Source: Candidatus Multivorans sp.
Lineage (GTDB): Bacteria; Acidobacteriota; Thermoanaerobaculia; Multivoradales; Multivoraceae
Length of the DNA: 64,000 bases
Direction of reading: 5' to 3'
Assembly: GCA_965247095.1 (NCBI GenBank)
Contig: OZ251997.1
Coordinates: 4,553,210-4,617,209 of the forward strand
A model generated the notes under the pieces. The model did no database searches. It saw only the letters and a list, made by a program, of their open reading frames with translations, and was not told the DNA's origin. Within the stretch, counting starts at the first letter, position 1. The number at the start of each line of letters is the position of its first letter. A program made the position numbers and the translations under genes. Shown piece after piece: positions 12,321 to 22,508 of this stretch.

Positions 12321-13157
12321 TTACATAAGGATCGCGCTTCGGAGTAGCTCGTCCTTGCGCTGCCAGCGGTCATTGAGCCATTCCTGGACGCGCTCGGGCG
12401 CCACCTCCGTGATCGGGACGGTCTCCCACGCGACGCTCACCGGCCCCGCCGCGCCGCCGAGGAACTCCCAGAACGAAACCGTCCGCGGGTAGGCGAGGGT
12501 CAGGTCGACGATCGTGCCGCCGGCTGGGGCCAGCGCCTCGATCATGGCGGCGAGGCCGCCGGCCCTGGGCGGAAGCACGTGGTCATACGGTCCGCTTCCG
12601 GCTTCGCGCTTGGCCTCCGTGAACCGCGTCCCCTCGGCGAAGGAGAGGATCGCGGCAGGCGAGTCGATCAGGGCAGCGGAGGCTTCGCTGACCCGGCGGC
12701 GGTCGTCGTCCCGGCGGTTCGCCGGGTTGCCTCCCCGGCGCGCGCGGCGCCGGAGGACCGGGAAGTCGAAGGCAAGGATGATGACGCCGAAGATCGGTAC
12801 GTAGAGGAGCTCGCGCTTGCCGAGGAACTTGACGATCGGACCGTTCGTTGCGACGACACTCTGGACGATCAGGATGTCAGCCCAGGATCGGTGGTTGGCA
12901 AGGACGATGTGCGGTCGGGCCGGGTCGAGAGTCAGCTCCTCGAAGTTCCACGAAGCGCCCGAGATGTGCCGGAGCAGCGCGTTGTCGATGCGCACCGTTC
13001 TCCGGTAGATGCGGTTGGACAGGCGGCGGAACCAGGATCGCGTGCGCCGCGGCGCCTTGGCCGGCAGCAGGAGCAGCAGCAGAAGGGCACAGAAGGCCAC
13101 GTTCAGCGTGATGGCGGCGAGGCAGGTCGCGGCCGTCAGGTGGCGCGAGAGCGTCAA
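12321..13157 (-). CDS. PlsC/YihG-like acyltransferase
   Basis: NHRSWADI (NHx4D) and FAEGTRF; TTG start is uncertain. Confidence 0.85.
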   Translation of the reverse strand: MTLSRHLTAATCLAAITLNVAFCALLLLLLLPAKAPRRTRSWFRRLSNRIYRRTVRIDNALLRHISGASWNFEELTLDPARPHIVLANHRSWADILIVQSVVATNGPIVKFLGKRELLYVPIFGVIILAFDFPVLRRRARRGGNPANRRDDDRRRVSEASAALIDSPAAILSFAEGTRFTEAKREAGSGPYDHVLPPRAGGLAAMIEALAPAGGTIVDLTLAYPRTVSFWEFLGGAAGPVSVAWETVPITEVAPERVQEWLNDRWQRKDELLRSAILM

Positions 13158-13401
13158 GTCCGGTGCGGCGGCCAGAGCAGCAGGGAGTTCGTGCGCCGGA
13201 CGTAGTCCTGATAGCCGGGATCGTCGCGCCAGCGGCGGTTCGCTCGGGCGAAGAGGGCGCCTGCGGGCAGGCCGGCTGCGATGCCAAGGAAGGGAAGGGC
13301 TTTCGGCATGGGGCGAACCTAGCAGCCGCTCCTGGGAACCCGGGTGGCGCGATCCGCGCCACCCGCGAACCACTCCGTGTGCCCGTCATCGGACACACGG
13401 A

Positions 13402-13462
13402 TGGAACGCGGGCATCCTGCCCGCATCCGGCGCGAAGCGCCGGCCTTCTGGCCGGCATCCGG
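13402..13462. repeat. Two diverged REP-like palindromes in tandem
   Basis: ggaacgcgggcatcctgcccgcatccgg followed by agcgccggccttctggccggcatccgg. Confidence 0.65.
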
Positions 13463-13466
13463 ACCC

Positions 13467-13832
13467 TCAGTACGGCATATCGTCGTCGCCCAGCCCGAAG
13501 TGGTGCCCCAACTCGTGGACCAGGGTGTCGCGCACCTCGCGCACTACGTCGTCTTCGGTGTCGCAGATCCACAGGATCGGCAGACGGTAGATCACGACGC
13601 GGTCGGGCAGGGAGCTGTAGCCGCTGCCTCGCTCGTCGAGCGGTACGCCGTGGTAGAGCCCCAGCAGGTCGTCCTCTTCCGGGTCCAGGCCGACGAGGCG
13701 CAGATCCTCCTCGCTCGGTTCCTCCTCGACCACGACCGCGATGTTGTCGAGCAGGTCGGCGAAGGCCCGCGGCAACGTGTCCAGGGCTCGGCTCAGCAGC
13801 CGCTCGAACCGCGGCAGGTCGACCTTGATCAT
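13467..13832 (-). CDS. Minimal zincin metallopeptidase (Zincin_1 family)
   Basis: LLGLYHGVPL, PDRVVIYR, HELGHHFG. Confidence 0.9.
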   Translation of the reverse strand: MIKVDLPRFERLLSRALDTLPRAFADLLDNIAVVVEEEPSEEDLRLVGLDPEEDDLLGLYHGVPLDERGSGYSSLPDRVVIYRLPILWICDTEDDVVREVRDTLVHELGHHFGLGDDDMPY

Positions 13833-13913
13833 GGGCGGTGCGTAGTTTCCATGTGTCGCTGCGGCCGACCGGGGTGCTGTTAGGGTCCGCCGAACCGCGA
13901 ACTGAGCGATTCC

Positions 13914-15056
13914 GTGACCGACCCGCGACGATACTTGACCGACGACCCGTTCGAACCCGGGGCCGCCGCAAAGAGCGCCCTGACCTTCCACGAACTGGTC
14001 GTGGCGGCCCGCCGGAAGCTGAACCGGGAAGTCTGGGACTACCTGGTCGGCGGCGCCGAGACGGAAACGTCGGTCAAGCGCAACCGGCAGGCGCTGGACT
14101 CGGTGGCGTTCCGGCCGCGCGTGCTGACCGATGTGTCCGAGGTCGATGCCGGCGGCTCGCTGCTCGGCAACGACCTTCGGATTCCCGTGATCCTGGCGCC
14201 CATCGGCTCGTTGCAGTTGTTCGAGGCCGGCGGCGGCGCCACGGCCGCGAAGGCGGCCGAGGACTTCGGGATCATGAACTTCGTCAGTTCGGTGTGTCTT
14301 CCCGGACTCGAGGGCTCCGCGGAGGCCTCCGATTCAGCCAAGGTGTACCAGCTCTATCTCGCCGACGACGAAGACTGGATGCGGGGACTGATCCGCCGGG
14401 TGCAGAGCGCGGGCTACGACGGTTTCTGTCTCACGGTCGATACCCAGGTTTACAGCCGGCGCGAACGGGACATTCTGAAGCGGTGGCGCCCGCCATCGGT
14501 GGGCGAGTCGACGGTCCGGGTCGCGCCGCTGAACTACCAGGCCCGGATGACCTGGGACCTGGTCAAGCGGATCAAGGACGAGTTCGACATCCCCCTGATC
14601 CTCAAGGGCATCGCCACCGCGGAGGACGCGGGGTTGGCCTGCGAGCACGGTGTCGACGTGGTCTACGTCTCGAACCACGGCGGCCGGCAACTCGACCACG
14701 GCCGCGGCGCCCTCGAGACCCTCCCCGAGGTCGTGAAGGAAGTCGACGGCCGTACCCAGGTCGTCGTCGACGGAGGCTTCCTGCGCGGCACCGACGTGGT
14801 CAAGGCAAAGATCCTCGGCGCCGACGCCGTTGGCATCGGCCGCCTCGAGTGCATCGCCATGGCCGCCGGCGGCCGCGAGGGCGTCGTGCGGATGCTCCGC
14901 ATCCTCGAACACGAGATCGTCACCTGCCTCGGCCTGCTCGGCGTCCGCAATTGGGACCAACTCGACGCCTCCTACCTCCACCGCGCCCTCCCGGTCGATC
15001 CCCCCGGCGTCCTCAGCGCCCTGCCGTTCCTGGACCTCGACTACCCTTACCCCTGA
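13914..15056 (+). CDS. FMN-dependent alpha-hydroxy-acid oxidase/dehydrogenase
   Basis: SNHGGRQLD, LKGI, DGGFLRGTDVVKA. Confidence 0.92.
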   Translation: MTDPRRYLTDDPFEPGAAAKSALTFHELVVAARRKLNREVWDYLVGGAETETSVKRNRQALDSVAFRPRVLTDVSEVDAGGSLLGNDLRIPVILAPIGSLQLFEAGGGATAAKAAEDFGIMNFVSSVCLPGLEGSAEASDSAKVYQLYLADDEDWMRGLIRRVQSAGYDGFCLTVDTQVYSRRERDILKRWRPPSVGESTVRVAPLNYQARMTWDLVKRIKDEFDIPLILKGIATAEDAGLACEHGVDVVYVSNHGGRQLDHGRGALETLPEVVKEVDGRTQVVVDGGFLRGTDVVKAKILGADAVGIGRLECIAMAAGGREGVVRMLRILEHEIVTCLGLLGVRNWDQLDASYLHRALPVDPPGVLSALPFLDLDYPYP

Positions 15057-15311
15057 GTCGGCGGCACGGCGGCGGCGGCGCCTCGCCCGATATAGCCTCC
15101 GGGTAAATCTGCGCAGGTTCGCTTGCGCAGCCCGCCGCGAGCAGCAGGGACGTCGCGACATGCGCGACAACCGCGACCAGGGCGACGGCGAGGCGATTTC
15201 GCCCCGGGGAAGGCCGCGGAGGTTCCCAAGGCGCGGCTGTGCGTCTACTGGAACACTTGCCGGTAGTGCGCACTAAAGAGGCCCCGCGCTCGCGGAGGTT
15301 TCCCGCACCGG

Positions 15312-15752
15312 CTACCGGCGCTTCCGGGACGCTTCGCGCCGACACTCCCGGGAGCAGTACAGGAACCGCTCGCCTGGCCGGGTCCTTGCGGGCACGTCGA
15401 ACATCTTCTCGCAGTTGCGGCAGGCGCGCTGTCCCGTATGCTCCTCCAACTCGTCCTCGATCACCTCTCTGAGCGTCCGGTCGTCTCTGAGCGTCCGGTC
15501 GTCCGGGGCGTCGCTTCCATCCTCCGGAGGTTCGTCGGCTGTCCAGCGGCCGTCAGCGAGACGGTAGGGCGTCCATCCGGCGTTGTCCACCAGGTTACGG
15601 TCATTGCTGCTCAGGCGTTGCCGCCACCTCGGATCCGGCTCAGCGCCGCATCTGCGGCAGGCGACGCCCAGCTTGCCGCCGCACTTCGGGGTCGGGCAGG
15701 TGCCGCAGTCTCGGTCGTCGCGGACTACGCGGGCGTGATGCGGGGGGGGCAG
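15312..15752 (-). CDS. Cys-rich zinc-ribbon hypothetical protein; 5' end interrupted at a G8 tract
   Basis: The open frame extends upstream of the listed ORF to include CGTCPTPKC..CRRC; C-terminal CRNC..CSREC; 18-bp tandem duplication (DDRTLR x2). Confidence 0.45.
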   Translation of the reverse strand: MPPPHHARVVRDDRDCGTCPTPKCGGKLGVACRRCGAEPDPRWRQRLSSNDRNLVDNAGWTPYRLADGRWTADEPPEDGSDAPDDRTLRDDRTLREVIEDELEEHTGQRACRNCEKMFDVPARTRPGERFLYCSRECRREASRKRR

Positions 15753-15815
15753 TCACCTGTCCAAATTTAGCAGGGCCCAAATGACCGCCATAAAGGGACG
15801 AAAAGGCGTGCTCGC

Positions 15816-15866
15816 GCAGGCGGGTTCCCGCAGTTTCCGCTTCAGCGCTCTCGTGAAGCTGGCCAC
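15816..15866 (-). pseudogene. HicA-type toxin N-terminal stub
   Basis: GTG overlapping the DUF1902 stop encodes MASFTRALKRKLREPAC, after which similarity ends. Confidence 0.55.
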
Positions 15867-16111
15867 TATCCGGCGAGGCGGATCGTCTCCAGTCTGCTCG
15901 ACGTCATCCGGAGCGGAATCACTTCCAGGGCCGGTTCACCGAAGAGATGCCGGTTCAGCTCGTACAGCTCAGGCACCAGCGCGCGGATCCTCTTCACCAG
16001 GTCGCGCTCCGACGGCGCCTCGGCGGCTAGGCCGGGGAAATCCGTGTCCGAGACGTACCAGACGCCTGCTTCTTCGTCCCAGGAAATCTCAGCGAAGTAG
16101 CTATGGTCCAT
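15866..16111 (-). CDS. DUF1902 / HicB-like antitoxin
   Basis: WDEEAGVWYVSDTDFPGLAAEA..LVPELYELN. Confidence 0.8.
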   Translation of the reverse strand: MDHSYFAEISWDEEAGVWYVSDTDFPGLAAEAPSERDLVKRIRALVPELYELNRHLFGEPALEVIPLRMTSSRLETIRLAG

Positions 16112-16232
16112 GCCCCCTCCCGGTTGCCGCTCGGCCGCGCGAAGGACATTATGCCCTAGGTCTGCTTCGTCGCGGTGGGCCTGGCCCTCTCCTCTCGCGC
16201 CGCTTTCGCGGGACCCAGGCTCTGTTCCCGTG

Positions 16233-17249
16233 CTACTGCGTTGGATCGGCGCTGATCTGAACCACCATCTTGCCGGTGTTGTCGCCGCGGAAGAGGCCCA
16301 TGAACGCTTCGGGGGCGTTTTCGAGGCCGGAGACGATGGTTTCGCGGTAGGTGACCTTGCCCTCGGCGATCCAGGTTGAGACGTCGCGTACGAAGTCGGC
16401 GCGGCGGTCCAGGTGGTCCGAGACGATGAAGCCCTGCATCTTGAGACGCTTGGGGATGATCGAGATGAGCGTCCTGGGGCCGGGCCTGGGTTCCTTGTCG
16501 TTGTACTGCGAGATCATCCCGCAGACCGGAATGCGGCCGAACATGTTCATGTGCAGGAACACGGCTTCGAGCGTCGGGCCGCCGACGTTCTCGAAGTAGA
16601 CGTCGATGCCGTCCGGGCAGGTCTCGCTCAAGGATCGGTTCAGGTCGCTGTGGTAGTCGAACGCGGCGTCGTAGCCGAGGTCCGAGACGAGGTGGGCGAC
16701 CTTGTCCGCCGAGCCGGCGCTGCCGACGGCCCGGCAACCCTTGATCTTGGCGATCTGGCCCACAAGACTGCCGACGGCGCCCGCCGCGGCCGAGACGAAC
16801 ACCGTTTCGCCATCCTTCGGTTCGCCGATGTCGAGCAGACCGACGTAGGCGGTCATGCCCGGCATGCCGAGCACTCCGAGGAACGCGGAGAGGGGAGCGC
16901 CGTGGGTGTCGATCTTCTGCAGCTCCGCTGCGGGAGCGGCGAAGTGGCTGCGCCAGCCGAAGCGGCTCGACACCAGGTCGCCGGGCGCCAGGGCGTCCGA
17001 GTTCGACTCCTCGACGACCCCCACCGCGCCGCCGTCGAGCGCGGCGCCGATCTGGAACGGCGGCGTGTAGGACTGGATGTCCCGCATGCGGCCTCGCATG
17101 TAGGGATCGACCGACATGTAGACGTTGCGCACCAACGCTTGGCCGGGGCCGGCGCTTGGCATGCCGGTTTCGGCCAGTTCGAAGTTCGCGGATTCCGGCT
17201 CGCCGGCGGGGCGCGAGGCGAGACGGACTTCCAGACTGCGGTTGCTCAC
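16233..17249 (-). CDS. NADP-dependent oxidoreductase (CurA/prostaglandin reductase-like)
   Basis: SVDPYMRGRM, GMPGMTAY, VSAAAGAVGS, CGMISQYN. Confidence 0.92.
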   Translation of the reverse strand: MSNRSLEVRLASRPAGEPESANFELAETGMPSAGPGQALVRNVYMSVDPYMRGRMRDIQSYTPPFQIGAALDGGAVGVVEESNSDALAPGDLVSSRFGWRSHFAAPAAELQKIDTHGAPLSAFLGVLGMPGMTAYVGLLDIGEPKDGETVFVSAAAGAVGSLVGQIAKIKGCRAVGSAGSADKVAHLVSDLGYDAAFDYHSDLNRSLSETCPDGIDVYFENVGGPTLEAVFLHMNMFGRIPVCGMISQYNDKEPRPGPRTLISIIPKRLKMQGFIVSDHLDRRADFVRDVSTWIAEGKVTYRETIVSGLENAPEAFMGLFRGDNTGKMVVQISADPTQ

Positions 17250-17272
17250 CTTCTCTCTTTCCTCCGAACTGG

Positions 17273-18586
17273 TCAGTCGACGATCGCCTGGTAGGCCAGG
17301 TTGCGGAACTCAGTGCCGTACGGCAGGCCGGTGTGGGGGAGGATCTGGATCATGAACACGCCGACCATCTCCTCTTCGGGGTCGATCCAGAACCGGGTGC
17401 CGGCGGCGCCGCCCCAACTGTACTCGCCGACGGAGCCGTAGGCGCCGTTCATGCCCGGGCTCTCGTTGACCCGGAAGGTGAGGCCGAAGCCGTCGCCGGG
17501 CCCCAGGAGCTGGCCTGCGCGCGGCATGTCGCCGATGTGGTCGCTGCCGAGCAGTTCGACCGACTTCGGGCTCAGCATCCGGCCGCCTTCGTACTCCCCG
17601 CCGTCGAGCAGCATCTGGATCATCCGGAAGTAGTCGGTCGTGGTCGAAACCAGGCCGGCGCCGCCGTAGAAGATCTTCGGCTTGGTCAGGTAGGAGTTCT
17701 GCGGCGGTGCGTTCGAGCGGGTGATCTTCCCGTCGCCCGCCTCGCGGTCGAGCGTGTAGAGCACGGCCAGCCGGTCCTCAGTGCCCGGGCGCACGTAGAA
17801 CGCGGTGTCGTTCATGCCCAGCGGCTTGAAGATCTCCTCCTCCAGGAAGACGTCGAACGTCTTGCCCGAGATCACCTCGACCAGGCGTCCCAGGACATCC
17901 ATGCTGAGGCCGTAGCGCCAGACCGTGCCGGGGTGATCGTGGACGGGCGCCTGACCCAGCTTCTCCACGAACTCCTCCAGGGTCTGGTCGCGGTTGCGGA
18001 CTCCGAGTTCGGCGTAGTACGAACCGCCTTGGGCATTGCGCGGCCCGCCGTAGCTGATTCCGGCGGTGTGGGTCAGCAGATCCTGGACCGTCATGTCGCG
18101 GTTCGAGGGCACGAGCTCCAGGCTCGGGTCCCCGGTTCCCGGGTCGACGCTCCATTCGGCGACCTTCTGATCGCCGAGAGCGGGGATCCACTTCGAGGCC
18201 GGGGTGCGGAGGGAGAAGCCGTACTTCTCGTGCAGGATCATGACGGCGACGCCGGTAACCGCCTTGCTCATCGAGTAGATGCGAAAGAGCGCGTCCTTGG
18301 GCATCGGCGCCTTGGACTCGAGGTCGCGGTAGCCGTAGGTGTTGAAGTACGCGATCTCGCCGCGGCGGGCGATCAGGCCCGTGGCGCCGGCGATCTTCCC
18401 CGCCTCGATGTAGCCGTTCATCACTGCGTCGATGCGGGCGAGGCGTTCGGCCGAGAGACCGACCTGTTCCGGCTTCGTGACCGTGACGGTCGCGTCGGCG
18501 GCAGCTAGCGCCGGAGCGGCGCCGAGGGTCAGCGTAAGTAGCAGGGCCGCGATCGAGCGGCAGGTCGGGATCAGGCGTCGAGTCAT
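17273..18586 (-). CDS. Secreted serine hydrolase, beta-lactamase class C-like
   Basis: RIYSMSK (SxxK), LLTHTAG, WGGAAGT; signal peptide. Confidence 0.9.
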   Translation of the reverse strand: MTRRLIPTCRSIAALLLTLTLGAAPALAAADATVTVTKPEQVGLSAERLARIDAVMNGYIEAGKIAGATGLIARRGEIAYFNTYGYRDLESKAPMPKDALFRIYSMSKAVTGVAVMILHEKYGFSLRTPASKWIPALGDQKVAEWSVDPGTGDPSLELVPSNRDMTVQDLLTHTAGISYGGPRNAQGGSYYAELGVRNRDQTLEEFVEKLGQAPVHDHPGTVWRYGLSMDVLGRLVEVISGKTFDVFLEEEIFKPLGMNDTAFYVRPGTEDRLAVLYTLDREAGDGKITRSNAPPQNSYLTKPKIFYGGAGLVSTTTDYFRMIQMLLDGGEYEGGRMLSPKSVELLGSDHIGDMPRAGQLLGPGDGFGLTFRVNESPGMNGAYGSVGEYSWGGAAGTRFWIDPEEEMVGVFMIQILPHTGLPYGTEFRNLAYQAIVD

Positions 18587-18771
18587 CGGCGTGTCTCCTG
18601 CGGGAACGGTCGTGTCGATTACGGGTGGCGGCGACATGGTACCTGCTGCGTCCCACGGTGTGTGCGCGCGATGCGCGCGCTGCTACAGTGTTTCGCGCTC
18701 CACGTTCCCTTGAATCGCGAGAAGCTGGATGGGCGGCTTCGGCCCGTACCGGCATAGAGGAGGTCGTTCAG

Positions 18772-20187
18772 ATGCCGGTACCGATCCCACCGCTGCGCGA
18801 GGAGAACCTCCCGGAACGAAAGCTGTCCTTCTGGCAGCTCGCCGGGCCGGGCGCGATCATGGTCGGCCTCGCGATCGGCGCCGGCGAACTCGCGGTGTGG
18901 CCGTGGGTGACCGCGAAGTTCGGCACGGTCATGTTGTGGGCGGCGGCCCTGGGCGTCTTCCTCCAGCTCTGGATCAACATCGAGATCGGCCGCTGGGCGG
19001 TGGTCACGGGCGAGCACCCGTACACCTCGTACGCCCGGATGTCGATGACCGTCATCTACGCCTTCCTCACTCTGGGCTTCGTCGGCCTGTTCCTGCCGGG
19101 GTGGGCGAGGATGTCGGGCGCGGCGCTCAAGGCCCTGATCTTCGGCCCCGACGGTCCGGGGCCCGAGTGGTTCTGGACCGCGGTCACGTTCGGGTTCATC
19201 GCGCTCATCCTGTTCGGGCCCAAGCAGATGTACAAGGCGGTCGAGCGGGCGATCGGGATCATGGTGCTGGTGATCACGGTCGGCCTGATCTACGTCGCCT
19301 TCTCGGTCGGCACCTGGGACGCGGTCAAGGAGATGGGGCGGGGTCTCGTCAACTTCGGCCACATCGAGCTGGACGACGAGTTCACCTTCGCCCGCTTCTT
19401 CGGCGCGGTCGTCTTTGCCGGCATCGGCGGCACCGGCAACCTCTTCTACGCCTTCTACCTGCGGGACAAGAACATCGGCATGGGGAAGCGCATCCCGGTG
19501 CTGGCCAACCCGCTCCGTCAGCACGGGACAGCAACGGTCCAGTCCGGCTACACGTACCGGGAGAGCCCCGAGAACGCGAGCCGGTTCAAGCGCTGGATGC
19601 GCTACGTGATCCAGGACCAGGTCGTCTTCTTCTGGATCGGGAACACCTTCACCATGTTCCTGTTCATGTTCGGGGCGCTGGCCGTTCTCCGTCCGGCCGG
19701 AATCGTTCCGGCCGAAGGTCAGATCGTCTGGGACATGTCGATCATCCTGGAATCGAGCCTCGGCACCCCCGGCCGCTACGTGTTCCTGCTCATCGGTATG
19801 GCGGCGCTGTTCAGTTCCCAGCTCGGCGCCGTCGACGGCGGCGCCCGCACCTGGTCCTACCTGCTCGGCTCCATGTTCAAGTTTGGCAGGAAGCGCACCC
19901 AGAGCCAGTGGTACCTGACCTTCGCGATCATGTTCATGGTCGCCGGCACCGCCTCGACCGCGTTCTTCGAACTCAGCGGCGTGTCGGCGCTCGGCTTCAT
20001 CTTCAACGCCGCACTGCTGGGCGGCTTCGCGATGGCGATATACGTACCGCTGACGCTGTGGGTGAACCTCACGAAGCTGCCGAAGTCAGCCCGGCCGAAG
20101 GCGCTGAACATCGTGATGATGGTCATCGCCTCCGGCGTCTACGTGTCCTTCACCCTGTTCACGATCTGGACCCTGATCTTCGGCTGA
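18772..20187 (+). CDS. Nramp-family-like transporter
   Basis: GPGAIMVGLAIGAGEL, many TM helices, GAGGAGG RBS. Confidence 0.8.
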   Translation: MPVPIPPLREENLPERKLSFWQLAGPGAIMVGLAIGAGELAVWPWVTAKFGTVMLWAAALGVFLQLWINIEIGRWAVVTGEHPYTSYARMSMTVIYAFLTLGFVGLFLPGWARMSGAALKALIFGPDGPGPEWFWTAVTFGFIALILFGPKQMYKAVERAIGIMVLVITVGLIYVAFSVGTWDAVKEMGRGLVNFGHIELDDEFTFARFFGAVVFAGIGGTGNLFYAFYLRDKNIGMGKRIPVLANPLRQHGTATVQSGYTYRESPENASRFKRWMRYVIQDQVVFFWIGNTFTMFLFMFGALAVLRPAGIVPAEGQIVWDMSIILESSLGTPGRYVFLLIGMAALFSSQLGAVDGGARTWSYLLGSMFKFGRKRTQSQWYLTFAIMFMVAGTASTAFFELSGVSALGFIFNAALLGGFAMAIYVPLTLWVNLTKLPKSARPKALNIVMMVIASGVYVSFTLFTIWTLIFG

Positions 20188-20250
20188 TCGGCTGCCGCTG
20201 GACTGGTATCGTCTTGTCAGCGAGGATCGAGCCAAATGGCGGGGAACCGA

Positions 20251-20511
20251 ATGACGGACTGGCAGAAATGCTCTGAGGTAGAGCGGCACCCGGAGAAGCT
20301 AAGCGGCGCTTGGGTTTTTCGGGGCACGCGTGTTCCCGTAGCCACGCTGTTCGAGAACATCAGGGATGGAGCGTCCGTGGAGCAGTTCCTGGACTGGTTT
20401 CCAGGAGTGGGAGCGGCAAGCGTCGAGGCCGTCCTTGACTTCGAGGTCAGATCGTTGGCGGAGGGCAGCCCGCCCGATTCTTCGGGGGATGTCGCAACCG
20501 CCATCCCGTAG
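20251..20511 (+). CDS. DUF433 protein (antitoxin-like), no toxin partner
   Basis: SGAWVFRGTRVPVATLFEN..FLDWFPGV. Confidence 0.85.
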   Translation: MTDWQKCSEVERHPEKLSGAWVFRGTRVPVATLFENIRDGASVEQFLDWFPGVGAASVEAVLDFEVRSLAEGSPPDSSGDVATAIP

Positions 20512-20564
20512 CGATAGGCGCGCAGCACGCGCTGCAGGCGGCTCAAGGCTTCGGGCAACTCTGG

Positions 20565-22065
20565 CTACGCCGCCTGCGGCTTTGGTTGCTCTCGGAAGCC
20601 TGGTCCGTGCCGCTCCCGGTCGACTACAGCCTGCAGATGGGGTGGCGGCTTCCACAGGCATTCCATCACGTAGCGCAGGTCCATCGGTCTTCCGTCCCAG
20701 GCCGGCATCGACTCTCGGCCGGTGACGAGAAGGCCGGCGTCTTCCAGGTCTCGAACGAGATCCTCGCATGGGTACGGACCGACGGGTGAGGGCGCGGGAC
20801 TTTCTTGGAGTGGCCGTCCGCGAGGATGGAAGAACTGCACGGCGCCATCAGCCCCCATCCGCACCTCGAAGCCGCCTTCGTGCAGCAGACGGTGGTGCCG
20901 GCGACACAGAAGCACCAGGTTCGAGAGCTTCGTTTCGCCGCCATCCGCCCAGTGATGGACATGGTGCGCGTCGCAGTGCCGGGAAGTGCAGCCCGGGAAC
21001 CGGCATCCGCGATCCCTGAACTCCAGAGCCCGGCGGATCGGAGGTGGAATGGTGCGGGTCTTGCGGCCGACGCTCAGGATCTCGCCGTTGCGGTGGCTCA
21101 TTCGTAACTTGCCCGCGTCGCAGGCGATCCGCCGGGCTGTTTCCGCGGAAACAGGGACGTGAGAGTCACCAAGCCAAGCGCCGTTGACCTGCGGCGTTTC
21201 CGCGGAAACACCGGCGTCAACTGCTTCCGCGGAAACTGCGCCCTCGGCCGCTTCCGCGGAAACGCGGGCGTTGGCTGCTTCCGCGGAAACATGAACCGGT
21301 ACACCGTCCACCATCGATCCGTCCTCGCGACGCCTCAATTCCTCTTCGTTCACATGGACGACGACTTGGTAGCGCCCGCCGCTTGAACCCGGATCGAGCC
21401 CGCCCGCGAGCGCGCTCTCGGCCACCAGTGCGAGAGCATCGGCCCGCAGCTTGCCTGCCGGGGGACGGTCCGTCTTTGTCCCTCGCACCGCGGTTCTCGT
21501 CGTACAGCTTCTCGCTCGCCGCGTCGAGCGCCTTCGTCAGCACCTCGCCGACCTCGGGCGCCAGCCGTCCGCGGATAACGAACATGCCGTTCTCGTCGAT
21601 GTGGGTGGAGAAGTGGCTTGCGGCGTCGCGCAGTTCGTCGTGGCGGGTTTCAATGGTGCGGTCGGCCCGCCGCCACGCTCTGACTACTCGTTCGATGTGC
21701 GTCGCGGTGCTGGCCCTCCCGAGCTCCACCAGTGACTTCTCCGTGTCGGGCCTGGCGATCCGCGTGAGCGCTCTGACCTTCGAGTAGGAGAGCTTGCCCC
21801 GCTGCATCGCCTCGCTCATCAGTGGCAGTTCGCCGAGCGCCCGGGCCACCCGCACCCGCTCCCGAGCCGCGCTGGGCGCGAGCCCGATGCGCCAGGTGAG
21901 CCAGTGGGCGCAACTCAGGAAGCCGTTGCTCCAGCCTTCCTGTTCGTCGAACTTGCGAATCAGTACGAGCAACTCATAGGTCGCGGCGTCAATGCGCGCG
22001 GCTAGAGTTGCAATCTTCTCGCGCAGTCGTTCCTTGGGATTCGTGTCGGTGTGTTTATCAATCAT
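20565..22065 (-). pseudogene. DUF222 (13E12-like) HNH endonuclease, frameshifted near 21465-21495
   Basis: N-part SCAHWLTWRIG..LSYSKVRALTR; C-part RDRGCRFPGC..DAHHVHHWADGG..NLVLLCRRHH; the two ORFs overlap in different frames. Confidence 0.85.
21137..21290. repeat. Five G(T/C)TTCCGCGGAAAC palindromes, four with an exact 27-bp period
   Basis: Copies start at 21139, 21196, 21223, 21250 and 21277 and encode VSAE repeats. Confidence 0.9.
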
Positions 22066-22508
22066 TTCAAAGCCTATGTCGCGATCGTTTGGTACGGTAT
22101 CGGAAGGCCAGGGGGCAGCTTCGTGCGCCCAGGCCGAAGGAGCCATTCTAGCATCATTGCTTACGAATCTCAAGGTGCTGAGGCGGTGACGAGAGAGGAG
22201 TTCCCGGTGGCCGCGACGGTTGATCTCGCCTTCGGCGGCAGGGGGTGGAGCCGAGTGAATCCACGAAGTTGATCCTCATTGGCTCGGACAAGTAGGGTTC
22301 CGGCGTGATCCCGGCCCAGAAACTCACGGCGGCAGTCGAGACGTCCTCTCCGATCTCCGGCGCCTACGGGCATCGGGCGGGGCAACCGAGCTACGTACCG
22401 CTCGCGAACTTGTTGACGCCGGTCGTGCCGTCCGCGAAGCCGTCGTCAGGGAGCATTCCGGCTTCTGGAAAGACGATGCGACGTGCTTGCGGAGCGAGGG
22501 AACCGACC

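Noticed and set aside
12275-12330. HspR HAIR operator upstream of lon
   Set aside because: Only one half-site approaches CTTGAGT-N7-ACTCAAG; partner halves match about 3 of 7 positions
15057-15200. Lipoprotein signal-like ORF on the minus strand (LLLAAGC)
   Set aside because: No clear start or mature domain; cannot be distinguished from a shadow ORF
21196-21290. Mini-CRISPR interpretation of the palindrome array
   Set aside because: Repeats of 14 bp and spacers of 13 bp are too short, the array is in frame within a gene, and there are no cas genes
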